From: a virus
Reading direction: 5' to 3' (one strand)
IMG/VR virus record: IMGVR_UViG_3300037493_004064
Coordinates: 23,737 to 87,736 of that record
Length of the DNA: 64,000 bases
Below the pieces are notes generated by a model, which was not told where the DNA came from, searched no databases, and was given only the letters and a program-made list of their open reading frames with translations. The first letter of the stretch is position 1. Each line of letters starts with the position of its first letter. Both the position numbers and the translations under genes were made by a program. Of the stretch, positions 49,613 to 58,469 are shown in pieces.

Positions 49613-50981
49613 CAAATTAGTGATATTTGATTTAGATGGAGTACTTATTGAAAGTAGAGAACTTCATTACCATAGTCTTAATGATTCATTACGCAGTATT
49701 GATGCAAAATATGTTATTGATAGGGACGAGCACTTGTCAATATATGATGGATTAAATACAACCCGTAAATTAGAATTGTTATCTGAAACAAAAGGATTAC
49801 CCACCGAGTTTCACGATATAGTATGGCAACGTAAACAATTGGCAACTTTTAATCTTATTAAACAGTTTACAGTTGATACTAAGTTAGTTGATATATTTCT
49901 AAAACTTAAATCTTCCGGATATATGATTGCCGTTGCAAGTAACAGTATTAGAGAAACGGTTAAACTTAGTTTATTAAAAATTGGAGTAATGGAATATGTG
50001 GATTATTATGTAAGTAATCAAGATGTACAACGCCCCAAACCGTATCCAGAAATGTATTGGAAATGCATGTCTGCCCTAAGGGCATTACCACACGATACAT
50101 TAATTATTGAAGATAGTCATATCGGAAGGCGTGGCGCATTAGATAGTGGCGCTGTATTATTAGCAGTTGAAGATTCGCATGATATTACTTGGGATAAAAT
50201 TAATACACGATTACAACAAATGAACTCACAGATGACAACAAACAACATACCTTGGAAAGACAGCAGACTTAACGTATTAGTACCCATGGCAGGTGCAGGC
50301 AGTAGATTTGCACAGCAAGGATACACTTTCCCTAAACCGTTAATCGAAGTAAACGGTAAGCCTATGATCCAGGTCGTTGTGGAAAACTTAAACATCGAAG
50401 CACATTACATCTTCATCGTACAACAAGAACACTACGAAAAATACAATCTAAAATATTTGCTCAATCTAATTGCTCCGGGCTGTGACATCGTTCAAGTCAG
50501 CGGCGTCACTGAAGGCGCCGCTTGTTCTACGTTGCTTGCTAAAGATTACATCAACAATGATTCTCCGTTAGTTATGGCTAACAGTGATCAGTATGTTGAA
50601 TGGAATAGCAATGAGTGTATGTATGCGTTCACTGCTGATAGCATAGACGGTGCCATTCTAACGTTCGAATCAAGCCACCCTAAATGGAGTTATGCAAAGA
50701 TCGGCAACAACGGATTTGTAAGTGAAGTAGCAGAAAAGAAAGTTATCAGCAATGAAGCCACTGTGGGTGTTTACTACTGGAAGAAAGGTAGTGACTACGT
50801 TAAGTATGCTGAAGAAATGATTGCTAAGAATATTCGTGTTAATAATGAATTTTATGTATGTCCAGTGTTTAACCAAGCAATTGCGGACGGCAAGAAAATA
50901 AAAGTTAAGCGCGTCAATAATATGTGGGGGATAGGCACACCCGAAGATTTAAATCAATTCTTATTGAATTACAAACTATGA
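49587..50981 (+). CDS. HAD phosphatase / sugar nucleotidyltransferase fusion
   Basis: N-terminal FDLDGVL, ASN, KPYPE, IEDS; C-terminal PMAGAGSRF...PKPLI, ANSDQ, EKK, GIGTPEDL. Confidence 0.85.
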   Translation: MKQIAQSTNKLVIFDLDGVLIESRELHYHSLNDSLRSIDAKYVIDRDEHLSIYDGLNTTRKLELLSETKGLPTEFHDIVWQRKQLATFNLIKQFTVDTKLVDIFLKLKSSGYMIAVASNSIRETVKLSLLKIGVMEYVDYYVSNQDVQRPKPYPEMYWKCMSALRALPHDTLIIEDSHIGRRGALDSGAVLLAVEDSHDITWDKINTRLQQMNSQMTTNNIPWKDSRLNVLVPMAGAGSRFAQQGYTFPKPLIEVNGKPMIQVVVENLNIEAHYIFIVQQEHYEKYNLKYLLNLIAPGCDIVQVSGVTEGAACSTLLAKDYINNDSPLVMANSDQYVEWNSNECMYAFTADSIDGAILTFESSHPKWSYAKIGNNGFVSEVAEKKVISNEATVGVYYWKKGSDYVKYAEEMIAKNIRVNNEFYVCPVFNQAIADGKKIKVKRVNNMWGIGTPEDLNQFLLNYKL

Positions 50982-51463
50982 AATTAATTGCACACCGAGG
51001 ACTAGTTAATGGCCCTGATAGTAATTTAGAAAATCTACCTGGGCAAATATTGTTAAGTTTACAAGCAGGATATGATTGTGAAATTGATGTTAGGTATATT
51101 AATGGCAAATGGATGCTAGGACACGACGATCCAGATTTTGAAGTACCGTTTGAATTTCTCAAACAACCTGGATTGTGGATACATGCTAAAAATTTAGAAG
51201 CACTTTATGTACTGGGTGCTGAAAAAAGTTTAAATTATTTTTGGCATCAAGAAGATGATTTCACATTAACTAGTCATGGATATATTTGGACATATCCGGG
51301 AAAAGAATTAACTCATAATAGCATCATGGTATTACCCGAATTGAATGATCCTAAGTTTGAAAACTTACCAATAAATTGTTATGGTGTGTGTACTGCCTAT
51401 ATAGAAGATGGTATAAACAGACAATATTGTCTTATCAATCCAACCGCGCAGGGGGTCAAATGA
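50978..51463 (+). CDS. glycerophosphodiester phosphodiesterase-like protein (minimal)
   Basis: MKLIAHRG...EN...EIDV...LGHD...WIHAKN; start at ATG 50978 (ATGA overlap). Confidence 0.75.
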   Translation: MKLIAHRGLVNGPDSNLENLPGQILLSLQAGYDCEIDVRYINGKWMLGHDDPDFEVPFEFLKQPGLWIHAKNLEALYVLGAEKSLNYFWHQEDDFTLTSHGYIWTYPGKELTHNSIMVLPELNDPKFENLPINCYGVCTAYIEDGINRQYCLINPTAQGVK

Positions 51464-52566
51464 AGATCGGCATAAAATATAAAACTGATTTGGAAGAGAT
51501 TGCTGTTCTAGTGTGGTCATTGAGAGATTCAGCAATCAAAGCCGATCTTCGTGCCGATGGAATCTTTGAAGAAAGGTATAACGGTAAGGTATTTGAACTC
51601 ACTCTCGGTGAAAACTGCTTTCGGTTCTCAACGGTTGATGAGGCTTTATTGGAATGTGATAAAAAGGTTAGAGTTTCTCACCATTCTTTTGACGATGTTG
51701 ATCCTCGGTATGATAAAGAAATTTGTATACTGCATGACGCAATACGGGACGAATTTACTGAGGATCTTATAAGGGAATTTTTAGATAAAGGTAACATTCT
51801 CATATCGGTGTCAACCGCGAATTTCTCACATGAGAACTTGATTTATGATCCTTTACTTGGTCTAGTGACTATTTACTTAGACTTGGGTCTACACTTCCTT
51901 AATTATTATCAAGCACCTAAGAATTTTAAGAGACTATTGGGTGTCTACCACAAACCACTTCATATAGGTGGTGCACCAAACAACCGGCGTAATGAACTTT
52001 ACGATAAGGTGAGGGCTCAGTTGGGCGACGACTTCGGCGCATATAAATCATGTGATTCATCTTTCTTTGACCTGATAAATTCGTATAGATATTTTGGGCG
52101 ATGGGGGAATAATCATATTACTGGTTATACTGATTACGTCACTAGTGTATGCAATATAGTTTTTGAGACATACGATTCTGTGGGCTCAAACGTTTTTCAG
52201 GGCAGAACACTTTTAACGGAAAAAACAACAAAGGCGATAATTTTCTGCGAGGAGAATATCTTCTTTATTTGGTATGGTCGGGAAGATTTTTATAAAGTGT
52301 TGCGAGAGTATGGGTTTTGGTTTCTTAACTCGGAATTTTATGATGCGACTACGGAAATACAGGACCAAACTGCAATGTGTCAGTCAGTATTTAATGCCAC
52401 GACTTACCTACAAAAACTCAAGCACTCACTTGGCACAAACGAGAGAGTATACTCCCATTTAATGGAGAAGTATGGTCACCATCTGAAAGAGAATGTGAGA
52501 TTATTCAAGCACTTGGAACAAAATTGTCCAGTGAAGGATACACTCATAAATACAATTTTAAAATAA
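51460..52566 (+). CDS. divergent 'TEKT.K' domain protein (putative glycosyltransferase)
   Basis: IVFETY...LTEKTTKAI...LREYGF; start at ATG 51460. Confidence 0.45.
   Translation: MKIGIKYKTDLEEIAVLVWSLRDSAIKADLRADGIFEERYNGKVFELTLGENCFRFSTVDEALLECDKKVRVSHHSFDDVDPRYDKEICILHDAIRDEFTEDLIREFLDKGNILISVSTANFSHENLIYDPLLGLVTIYLDLGLHFLNYYQAPKNFKRLLGVYHKPLHIGGAPNNRRNELYDKVRAQLGDDFGAYKSCDSSFFDLINSYRYFGRWGNNHITGYTDYVTSVCNIVFETYDSVGSNVFQGRTLLTEKTTKAIIFCEENIFFIWYGREDFYKVLREYGFWFLNSEFYDATTEIQDQTAMCQSVFNATTYLQKLKHSLGTNERVYSHLMEKYGHHLKENVRLFKHLEQNCPVKDTLINTILK
52545..52552 (+). promoter_or_regulatory. possible late promoter (CATAAATA)
   Basis: 22 nt before ATG 52575, with an AAGG Shine-Dalgarno-like sequence in between. 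Confidence 0.5.
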
Positions 52567-52574
52567 AGGTCAGT

Positions 52575-53567
52575 ATGAAAAAAACAGATAGAATCTTAGT
52601 TACCGGAGCCAGTGGCTTCATCGGCTCGCACGTTTTGCGTACTCTTTTTGAAAAGGGCTACAAGAATCTTCGCTCCACTACTTACAGTAGAACTCTCCGT
52701 AAGGACTTTTATGGATGGGAAACAGTGGAGAATCATCATGGTGATCTTCGTACTGCTGAGTTTTGTGAGAAAATTACGCGAGAAGTGGATGTGGTGATTC
52801 ATTGCGCCGCCAATACATCAAACGCTCTGGATACCAAGTTCAATCCTCTGCTGCATGTGACACCTAACGTTGAGATGAACACTAATCTTATGGAACAGAG
52901 TTGGAAGAACAAGGTGACAAAATTTATGTTCATCTCGTCCAATACCGTTTACCCGGATATGGGCTTGGATTATTGTCGTGAAGAGGCGGATGTGCAGGGC
53001 ACCCCGTTAATTCCGGTGTATAAGGCAGTTGGTGGAATGAAACGATACACCGAAAGTTTATGCGATTTCTTCTCAAATCAGATTCATGAACCGATGCAGT
53101 GTATTATGATTCGCCCAAGCAATGCTTTTGGTCCTAATGATAAGTTTGACTATGAAAAATGTCATGTGACTCCGGCGAGTATTCGCAAGGTTGCCGACGG
53201 GCTGAACCCCATCCCTGTCTGGGGTGATGGTTCAGATGTCCGTGATCTACTTTATGTAGAAGACATGGCCGATGGTATTGTGTTTCTGACTGAGAATGTT
53301 GACACCTACGACAAGTTCAATGTCTGCTATGGGCAAGGCTTCACTGTGAACGAGGTGCTTGCCATGCTCAAAGAAATCGACCACAATGACAACCCTATTG
53401 AGTATGTAAACAACAAGGCATTTATGATTTCAGTTCGCCTGCTGAGTTCTGAGAAAATCAATCAACTCGGCTGGAAACCAAAGTATCAGTTAAGGGAAGC
53501 ATTAGAGAAGGCCATGAATTGGTATAAGGCGAACAAGGGTCAATACAATCCCGAATCAAAGCCCTAA
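52575..53567 (+). CDS. NAD-dependent epimerase/dehydratase (GDP-fucose synthase-like SDR)
   Basis: LVTGASGFIG, ISSNTVY, RPSNAFGP.DKF, HV.P, VWGDGS..RD.LYVED.A. Confidence 0.85.
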   Translation: MKKTDRILVTGASGFIGSHVLRTLFEKGYKNLRSTTYSRTLRKDFYGWETVENHHGDLRTAEFCEKITREVDVVIHCAANTSNALDTKFNPLLHVTPNVEMNTNLMEQSWKNKVTKFMFISSNTVYPDMGLDYCREEADVQGTPLIPVYKAVGGMKRYTESLCDFFSNQIHEPMQCIMIRPSNAFGPNDKFDYEKCHVTPASIRKVADGLNPIPVWGDGSDVRDLLYVEDMADGIVFLTENVDTYDKFNVCYGQGFTVNEVLAMLKEIDHNDNPIEYVNNKAFMISVRLLSSEKINQLGWKPKYQLREALEKAMNWYKANKGQYNPESKP

Positions 53568-54607
53568 TGGAAAAATTTGTCGTGGTAAACCCCTTTGCTG
53601 CGGGGTTTACCAATGTGCAGATGAGTTATGAAATTGCTTTTGCAGTGGCGCATATCACTGGTAGATCCATCGTTCTACCACCAACTTCCTGGTGTGTACT
53701 CATTGACGAGAAGGACTCTCCCAAAGAGACATGGCAGGATATTTGGCAAATCTGCGACAGGGAAAAAGCCAACCAGGAATTCAAGATTTATGACTTATTA
53801 GAGTTTGAAGAACTGGCTCCTTACATTGACAAAAACTCACCCGGTTATTCCTGGTTCTCCGACGACGTTTTGCCTAATTCAAGAACTATTCCGTCGTTCG
53901 CTGACTCGCCCATATGCTTGCACTCCGAACCCACTGACATGCAAGATTTCCTAAAGTTCGTCGGAGACAGGCCGCTCTGTAATATGGAATGCACTGAGAA
54001 GTTTCTGTTGGTCTCAGGGTTTGGAAACTACTGGGCAAACGTTTATGCCAATGGAATCTCAGACCGAAACGAAATGAAGAAGCGCGTTAACGCCGCGTTT
54101 CAGTACCAATCTAAATTTTACGAACTTGCCAGTTCAATGATTACTGGTACCTACAACGCCATTCACGTTAGAAATCCGAAACAACTTATGTTTGACCAGT
54201 ATGCAGATGTGGTGAGTTTTGTCGACAGACCGGATTTACTTTTGCAGCAGGTGAAAAAGTTTTATCCAACGCAAACGCCATTGTACGTGGCAACTGACAT
54301 TCCGCACCGGGGACTCTTTGAAAAGTTAGCATCTGAATATCAACTGATTTTCTACGACGATCTATTTCAGACACCATTTCACCCGCTGGAGAAAATAGCA
54401 ATTGACCAGATTATTTGCAGCCGGGCCGAACTGTTTTATGGAAGTTATTACAGCACCTTCAGCAAGAGAATAAATATCATGCGAGGCTTAGAAGGAAGAC
54501 AGTCAAACGACAATATGGGATTTAATAAAATAATGGATCAATCACCGAACCCGGAGTCATGGCTCTGGTATGCCGACGCATCCCCTCAATGGACCATTGG
54601 AATATGA
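53567..54607 (+). CDS. O-fucosyltransferase-like GT-B protein (POFUT/GT65-GT68-like)
   Basis: GF.N..M..E.....A...GR..VLPP; YNAIHVR; LYVATD; IDQIICSRA..F.GS..STFS..I. Confidence 0.7.
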   Translation: MEKFVVVNPFAAGFTNVQMSYEIAFAVAHITGRSIVLPPTSWCVLIDEKDSPKETWQDIWQICDREKANQEFKIYDLLEFEELAPYIDKNSPGYSWFSDDVLPNSRTIPSFADSPICLHSEPTDMQDFLKFVGDRPLCNMECTEKFLLVSGFGNYWANVYANGISDRNEMKKRVNAAFQYQSKFYELASSMITGTYNAIHVRNPKQLMFDQYADVVSFVDRPDLLLQQVKKFYPTQTPLYVATDIPHRGLFEKLASEYQLIFYDDLFQTPFHPLEKIAIDQIICSRAELFYGSYYSTFSKRINIMRGLEGRQSNDNMGFNKIMDQSPNPESWLWYADASPQWTIGI

Positions 54608-55434
54608 AACCTAAACAACCTACTCAACAACGGAAGGGAATCGCGTTCGGCGGGTGTTCTTTTACATGGGGTCAGGGCCTGCATTATTACAGTAACCTAT
54701 CCACATTAATCTTACCAGAAAATGAGAATATGTATGATGAGGAGTTAGTAAGTTATGCCCATTTTAAGTTCATTGAGACCGTCAGGTATCCAAGATTAGT
54801 AGCACAACACTTTAACACATTTGAATTGGTGCAACCATTTAATGGGGGAGCAACGAGAACTACTGTTGATTTTTGGACCGCTGCCATCAACTCAGAAAAG
54901 AACAGCTTTTCAAAGATAAATTGGAATGTCCCATCATGTGACATCTCAACCTTTGTTTGCCAACTTACTCAATGGAGCAGAATGCAGGTAACAATTGAGG
55001 TTGGTGGTGAAGTTATCGGTCCTGTACAGGTAATGGACTTGGTCAGTGACCGCCGGTTTTCAGAGTGGTTAACTGTCAGCGGGACTACATTTGATGAGGT
55101 CCTTAGTAAGTTTCGTGCCGCCGACCTTAGTTCAATAAAAACTTTCTTGGAAGAACAAGAGAATAAAGGAATTCGTGTAGTAATCGTTTCGTGGCCTGAT
55201 GATTTAGTTAACTTGATTAAATCAGATGACTGGTTAAGCAGACGATTTGTTAATCTTAAATATAAAGGGGCTACTGTTGGTAGCATAGAAGCATTACTAG
55301 ATCTCCACAACCTAAAAATCTCTGCCGATTTTGAATTTTTTAGTGAACCTCCTAAGGACCATCACCCTTCATTAGAATGCCATAAAATAATAGCAGAAAA
55401 TATAATAAGTTTTTTAGAAAGTAGTTATGAATAA
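54604..55434 (+). CDS. SGNH-like protein, GCSFTWGQGL subfamily, copy 1
   Basis: GGCSFTWGQGLHYYSNL...QPFNGG...QLTQWSR...DHHPSLECH. Confidence 0.65.
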   Translation: MKPKQPTQQRKGIAFGGCSFTWGQGLHYYSNLSTLILPENENMYDEELVSYAHFKFIETVRYPRLVAQHFNTFELVQPFNGGATRTTVDFWTAAINSEKNSFSKINWNVPSCDISTFVCQLTQWSRMQVTIEVGGEVIGPVQVMDLVSDRRFSEWLTVSGTTFDEVLSKFRAADLSSIKTFLEEQENKGIRVVIVSWPDDLVNLIKSDDWLSRRFVNLKYKGATVGSIEALLDLHNLKISADFEFFSEPPKDHHPSLECHKIIAENIISFLESSYE

Positions 55435-56365
55435 AGTTCTTATCACCGGCGGAGCCGGATACCTAGGCTCTACTATGGCAGAGCACCTGCTATCTGAGGG
55501 ATATGCCGTGACGGTGCTTGATAACCTGTTATACAAGCAACTCTCTGTTCTACATCTGTTCAAGAAGGAAAACTTCAGATTTGTAAACGGTGATGTCAGA
55601 AACACTGAGTTGTTAACCAAGTTAGTCAACGACCATGATGTAATTATCCCACTGGCAGCAATAGTTGGGATGCCGGCATGCAAGGCGAACCCGCAGTTAA
55701 CAATTGATGTAAACTTTAAGCACATTGAAACTATCGTTAGCCTGCTGAGACCTGACCAGAAGGTAATTCTGCCAAATACCAACAGTCAGTATGGTTCATC
55801 TGATACCATTATCACAGAAGAAAGCCCATTTAAGCCGCTGTCTCTGTATGCCCAAACAAAATGTGATGCCGAAGACCAAGTATTGAAGAATGGCAAGGGC
55901 GTTGTACTGCGACTGGCCACAGTATTCGGTGTTTCGCCTCGTATGCGTCAGGATCTATTAGTCAATGACTTTGTATACCGGTCACTCGTTGATGGATTTT
56001 TGGTTTTGTTTGAGGGCCACTTCAAACGTAACTACATTCATGTACAAGACATTGCCCGCACTTTCCAGTTCATCATAGAACATTACGATCAGTGCCGGGG
56101 ACAGGCATATAACGCCGGACTGTCAACAGCAAACATAAGCAAACTTGAGTTGGCACAGAAAATCAAGGAATATATTCCAGGACTTGTCATCGTCCAGGAT
56201 GAGTTTAAGGAAGATTTTGACAAGAGGAATTACATCGTGTCAAACGAGAAATTGGAAAAGATAGGATGGCGCCCAATTTATGACCTGGATTACGGCATCA
56301 CGCAGTTAATCGAGGCATATCCATTAGTCATAACCCACAACCACAGGAACTTTACAAATTTATGA
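55427..56365 (+). CDS. NAD-dependent epimerase/dehydratase (SDR with canonical YxxxK)
   Basis: ITGGAGYLG, LAAIVG.PAC, YAQTK, LRLATVFG.SPRMR.DLLVNDF. Confidence 0.88.
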   Translation: MNKVLITGGAGYLGSTMAEHLLSEGYAVTVLDNLLYKQLSVLHLFKKENFRFVNGDVRNTELLTKLVNDHDVIIPLAAIVGMPACKANPQLTIDVNFKHIETIVSLLRPDQKVILPNTNSQYGSSDTIITEESPFKPLSLYAQTKCDAEDQVLKNGKGVVLRLATVFGVSPRMRQDLLVNDFVYRSLVDGFLVLFEGHFKRNYIHVQDIARTFQFIIEHYDQCRGQAYNAGLSTANISKLELAQKIKEYIPGLVIVQDEFKEDFDKRNYIVSNEKLEKIGWRPIYDLDYGITQLIEAYPLVITHNHRNFTNL

Positions 56366-56790
56366 AACAACGTAGATATATTCAAACCCTCTCAGAATTA
56401 ATTGACCGTCTTAGCATTGTTCAATTAAAAGAGGTATTCATCACTGAATTTAAGGATGAATATGCCAAAGAAATTAATGACATTGTGCATGACATTCAGT
56501 TAATCCTAGAGGAATCAAACGGGAAGTTGACCGCAGAAACTATTCGTGCCATCGTAGTAGTTAGTCAAATTAATCTTCACATTTGGCACAACGAGTCCAA
56601 CTATCGCAAGGGTATCAAGGATGGTAACAATCTTGAGCTAACCCATGGGTTAAATGGCATTCGCAACACTGCCAAGAATATTATTCAAGAGGCAGTTGGT
56701 GGCCGAAAGGATTACAAGGTAGATTGTTTAGCTGCCGATTTCTCCTCATGGGAAATTAGTTGGGGTGGAAAAGATGAAGATAAGGAATGA
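56362..56790 (+). CDS. helical hypothetical protein of the kind found in sugar-biosynthesis loci
   Basis: TLSELIDRLSIVQLKE...NLHIWHNE...NGIRN..KN.I. Confidence 0.6.
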   Translation: MKQRRYIQTLSELIDRLSIVQLKEVFITEFKDEYAKEINDIVHDIQLILEESNGKLTAETIRAIVVVSQINLHIWHNESNYRKGIKDGNNLELTHGLNGIRNTAKNIIQEAVGGRKDYKVDCLAADFSSWEISWGGKDEDKE

Positions 56791-57616
56791 CATCCAGATT
56801 AGGGGAATAGCCTTTGCTGGATGCTCATTCACTTGGGGTCAAGGACTCTACTACTACAGTAATCTGCCAACTCTTAGTGAGCCTGGCAAGTTTAAGTTCC
56901 AGCCTGAACTATTAACTGCCCCGCAAATAAAGTACATGGAATCGGTGCGCTGGCCAAGGCTAGTTGCCACACATTTTAATTCATTTGAGTTGACCCAGCC
57001 GTTCAACGGTGGAGCAGTTTATACTATTCTTGGTTGGTGGAATACCTGCTTTAAAAATTTTCTGGATGGAGGTTCTCCGAAAAACCCCGAAGTTAGGTGT
57101 GATTATTCTGAGATTTCTCATTTGGTGTTTCAAATGACTCAGTGGCACAGAAGCCAAAAAGTTGTTCAGTTCAACAGCGGCGAACTTCAATGTTCTCATT
57201 TCGAACTATGGACTACCTACAAGGATGAGTTCTTTGTCTGGTTAGATAAGAATGGAATAACGTTAGATGAGTACGTTGATCAGGCCAAGAAAAGAGATGT
57301 GCGAGAAGTATCTACCTGGTTACAGAGTTTAGAACAGCGTGGCATTAAAATCTCAATATTGACTTGGCCCGCCGACCTGGTCCAGTATATTCTGGATGAT
57401 CCATGGTTAGCAGACCGATTTATTAGTTTTGACTACAATGGGTCGTCGTTCGATAGCATAGAAGGAATGATAGAACAAAATAAACACCTGGAAATAATCA
57501 ATGATTATGAATTTTTTGAAGTACCACCAATAGATCATCACCCATCGTTGGCATGCCAGCCGGTGATCGCCGCTGCTGTAATAAAACATATTGAAAAAAA
57601 TGAAATCAAAAAGTAA
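56774..57616 (+). CDS. SGNH-like protein, GCSFTWGQGL subfamily, copy 2
   Basis: AGCSFTWGQGLYYYSNL...QPFNGG...QMTQWHR...DHHPSLAC. Confidence 0.65.
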   Translation: MKIRNDIQIRGIAFAGCSFTWGQGLYYYSNLPTLSEPGKFKFQPELLTAPQIKYMESVRWPRLVATHFNSFELTQPFNGGAVYTILGWWNTCFKNFLDGGSPKNPEVRCDYSEISHLVFQMTQWHRSQKVVQFNSGELQCSHFELWTTYKDEFFVWLDKNGITLDEYVDQAKKRDVREVSTWLQSLEQRGIKISILTWPADLVQYILDDPWLADRFISFDYNGSSFDSIEGMIEQNKHLEIINDYEFFEVPPIDHHPSLACQPVIAAAVIKHIEKNEIKK

Positions 57617-58469
57617 CTGTTGTGTATCCAAGGCCATGGTGTTTGCCGGTTGTTCCTTTACATGGGGTCAGGGGCTGCACTATTATAGCAACCTACCAAA
57701 CATTCAGGAGCCACTACCGTGGCACTACGATTCTAACCTTGTATCTTTTGTTAACTACGAGTTTATAAAATCAGTTAGGTTTCCGAGAATAGTTGCAAAT
57801 CATTTTGGTTCGGTTGAGTTAACCCAACCGTTTAACGGAGGAAGCAACGCATCGATAATGGCCTGGTGGAACTCCTGCTTTGATAATATTGACTCGTATC
57901 AACAAAATGAACTAAGCATAAATTCATCAACTGGTTTGCCTCGGTACAAGTTTGATGAGGTATCACATCTGATCTTTCAGTTAACACAGTGGGACCGGGA
58001 CTTTACTACTATAGAGGTGGATGGTAAGGTATACGGGCCAATATCTTATGCTAATCTCATGTACGACCATCGGGAAGTCTTTCTCCGTTATTTAGAAAAA
58101 AATAACATGACTTTAGACGAGTACGTAGATAATGCAAATCAAAAAAATATGCAGGCTGTGAAAACCTTTTTACAGAAATTTGAAGACCATGGGGTCAAGA
58201 CCTATGTAATATGCTGGCCATTGGAAAGTGTAAAGTATGTCATGGAAGATCATTGGTTGAGCAAAAGATTAATTACACTGCACTTTAAGGAGTTAGAGTT
58301 TCCATCTATTGCCCACCTTATGGGAGCATCGGATCAATACCCAGTGCCTTTCCCGGAGATGAGCATTATGCGGGACGCCAGCAGTTTTGAGGTTACGCCA
58401 TCTGATATGCACCCATCACTTTCTTGCCACAAAGTGATAGCCGAAAGTGTTATTAAGCGGTTACAATGA
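57600..58469 (+). CDS. SGNH-like protein, GCSFTWGQGL subfamily, copy 3
   Basis: AGCSFTWGQGLHYYSNL...QPFNGG...QLTQWDR...DMHPSLSCH. Confidence 0.65.
   Translation: MKSKSNCCVSKAMVFAGCSFTWGQGLHYYSNLPNIQEPLPWHYDSNLVSFVNYEFIKSVRFPRIVANHFGSVELTQPFNGGSNASIMAWWNSCFDNIDSYQQNELSINSSTGLPRYKFDEVSHLIFQLTQWDRDFTTIEVDGKVYGPISYANLMYDHREVFLRYLEKNNMTLDEYVDNANQKNMQAVKTFLQKFEDHGVKTYVICWPLESVKYVMEDHWLSKRLITLHFKELEFPSIAHLMGASDQYPVPFPEMSIMRDASSFEVTPSDMHPSLSCHKVIAESVIKRLQ

Noticed and set aside
38751-54476. Additional intragenic TAAATA hexamers (about 38751, 43248, 45259, 54470)
   Set aside because: They are far from start codons and expected by chance in AT-rich DNA, so they were not called as promoters.
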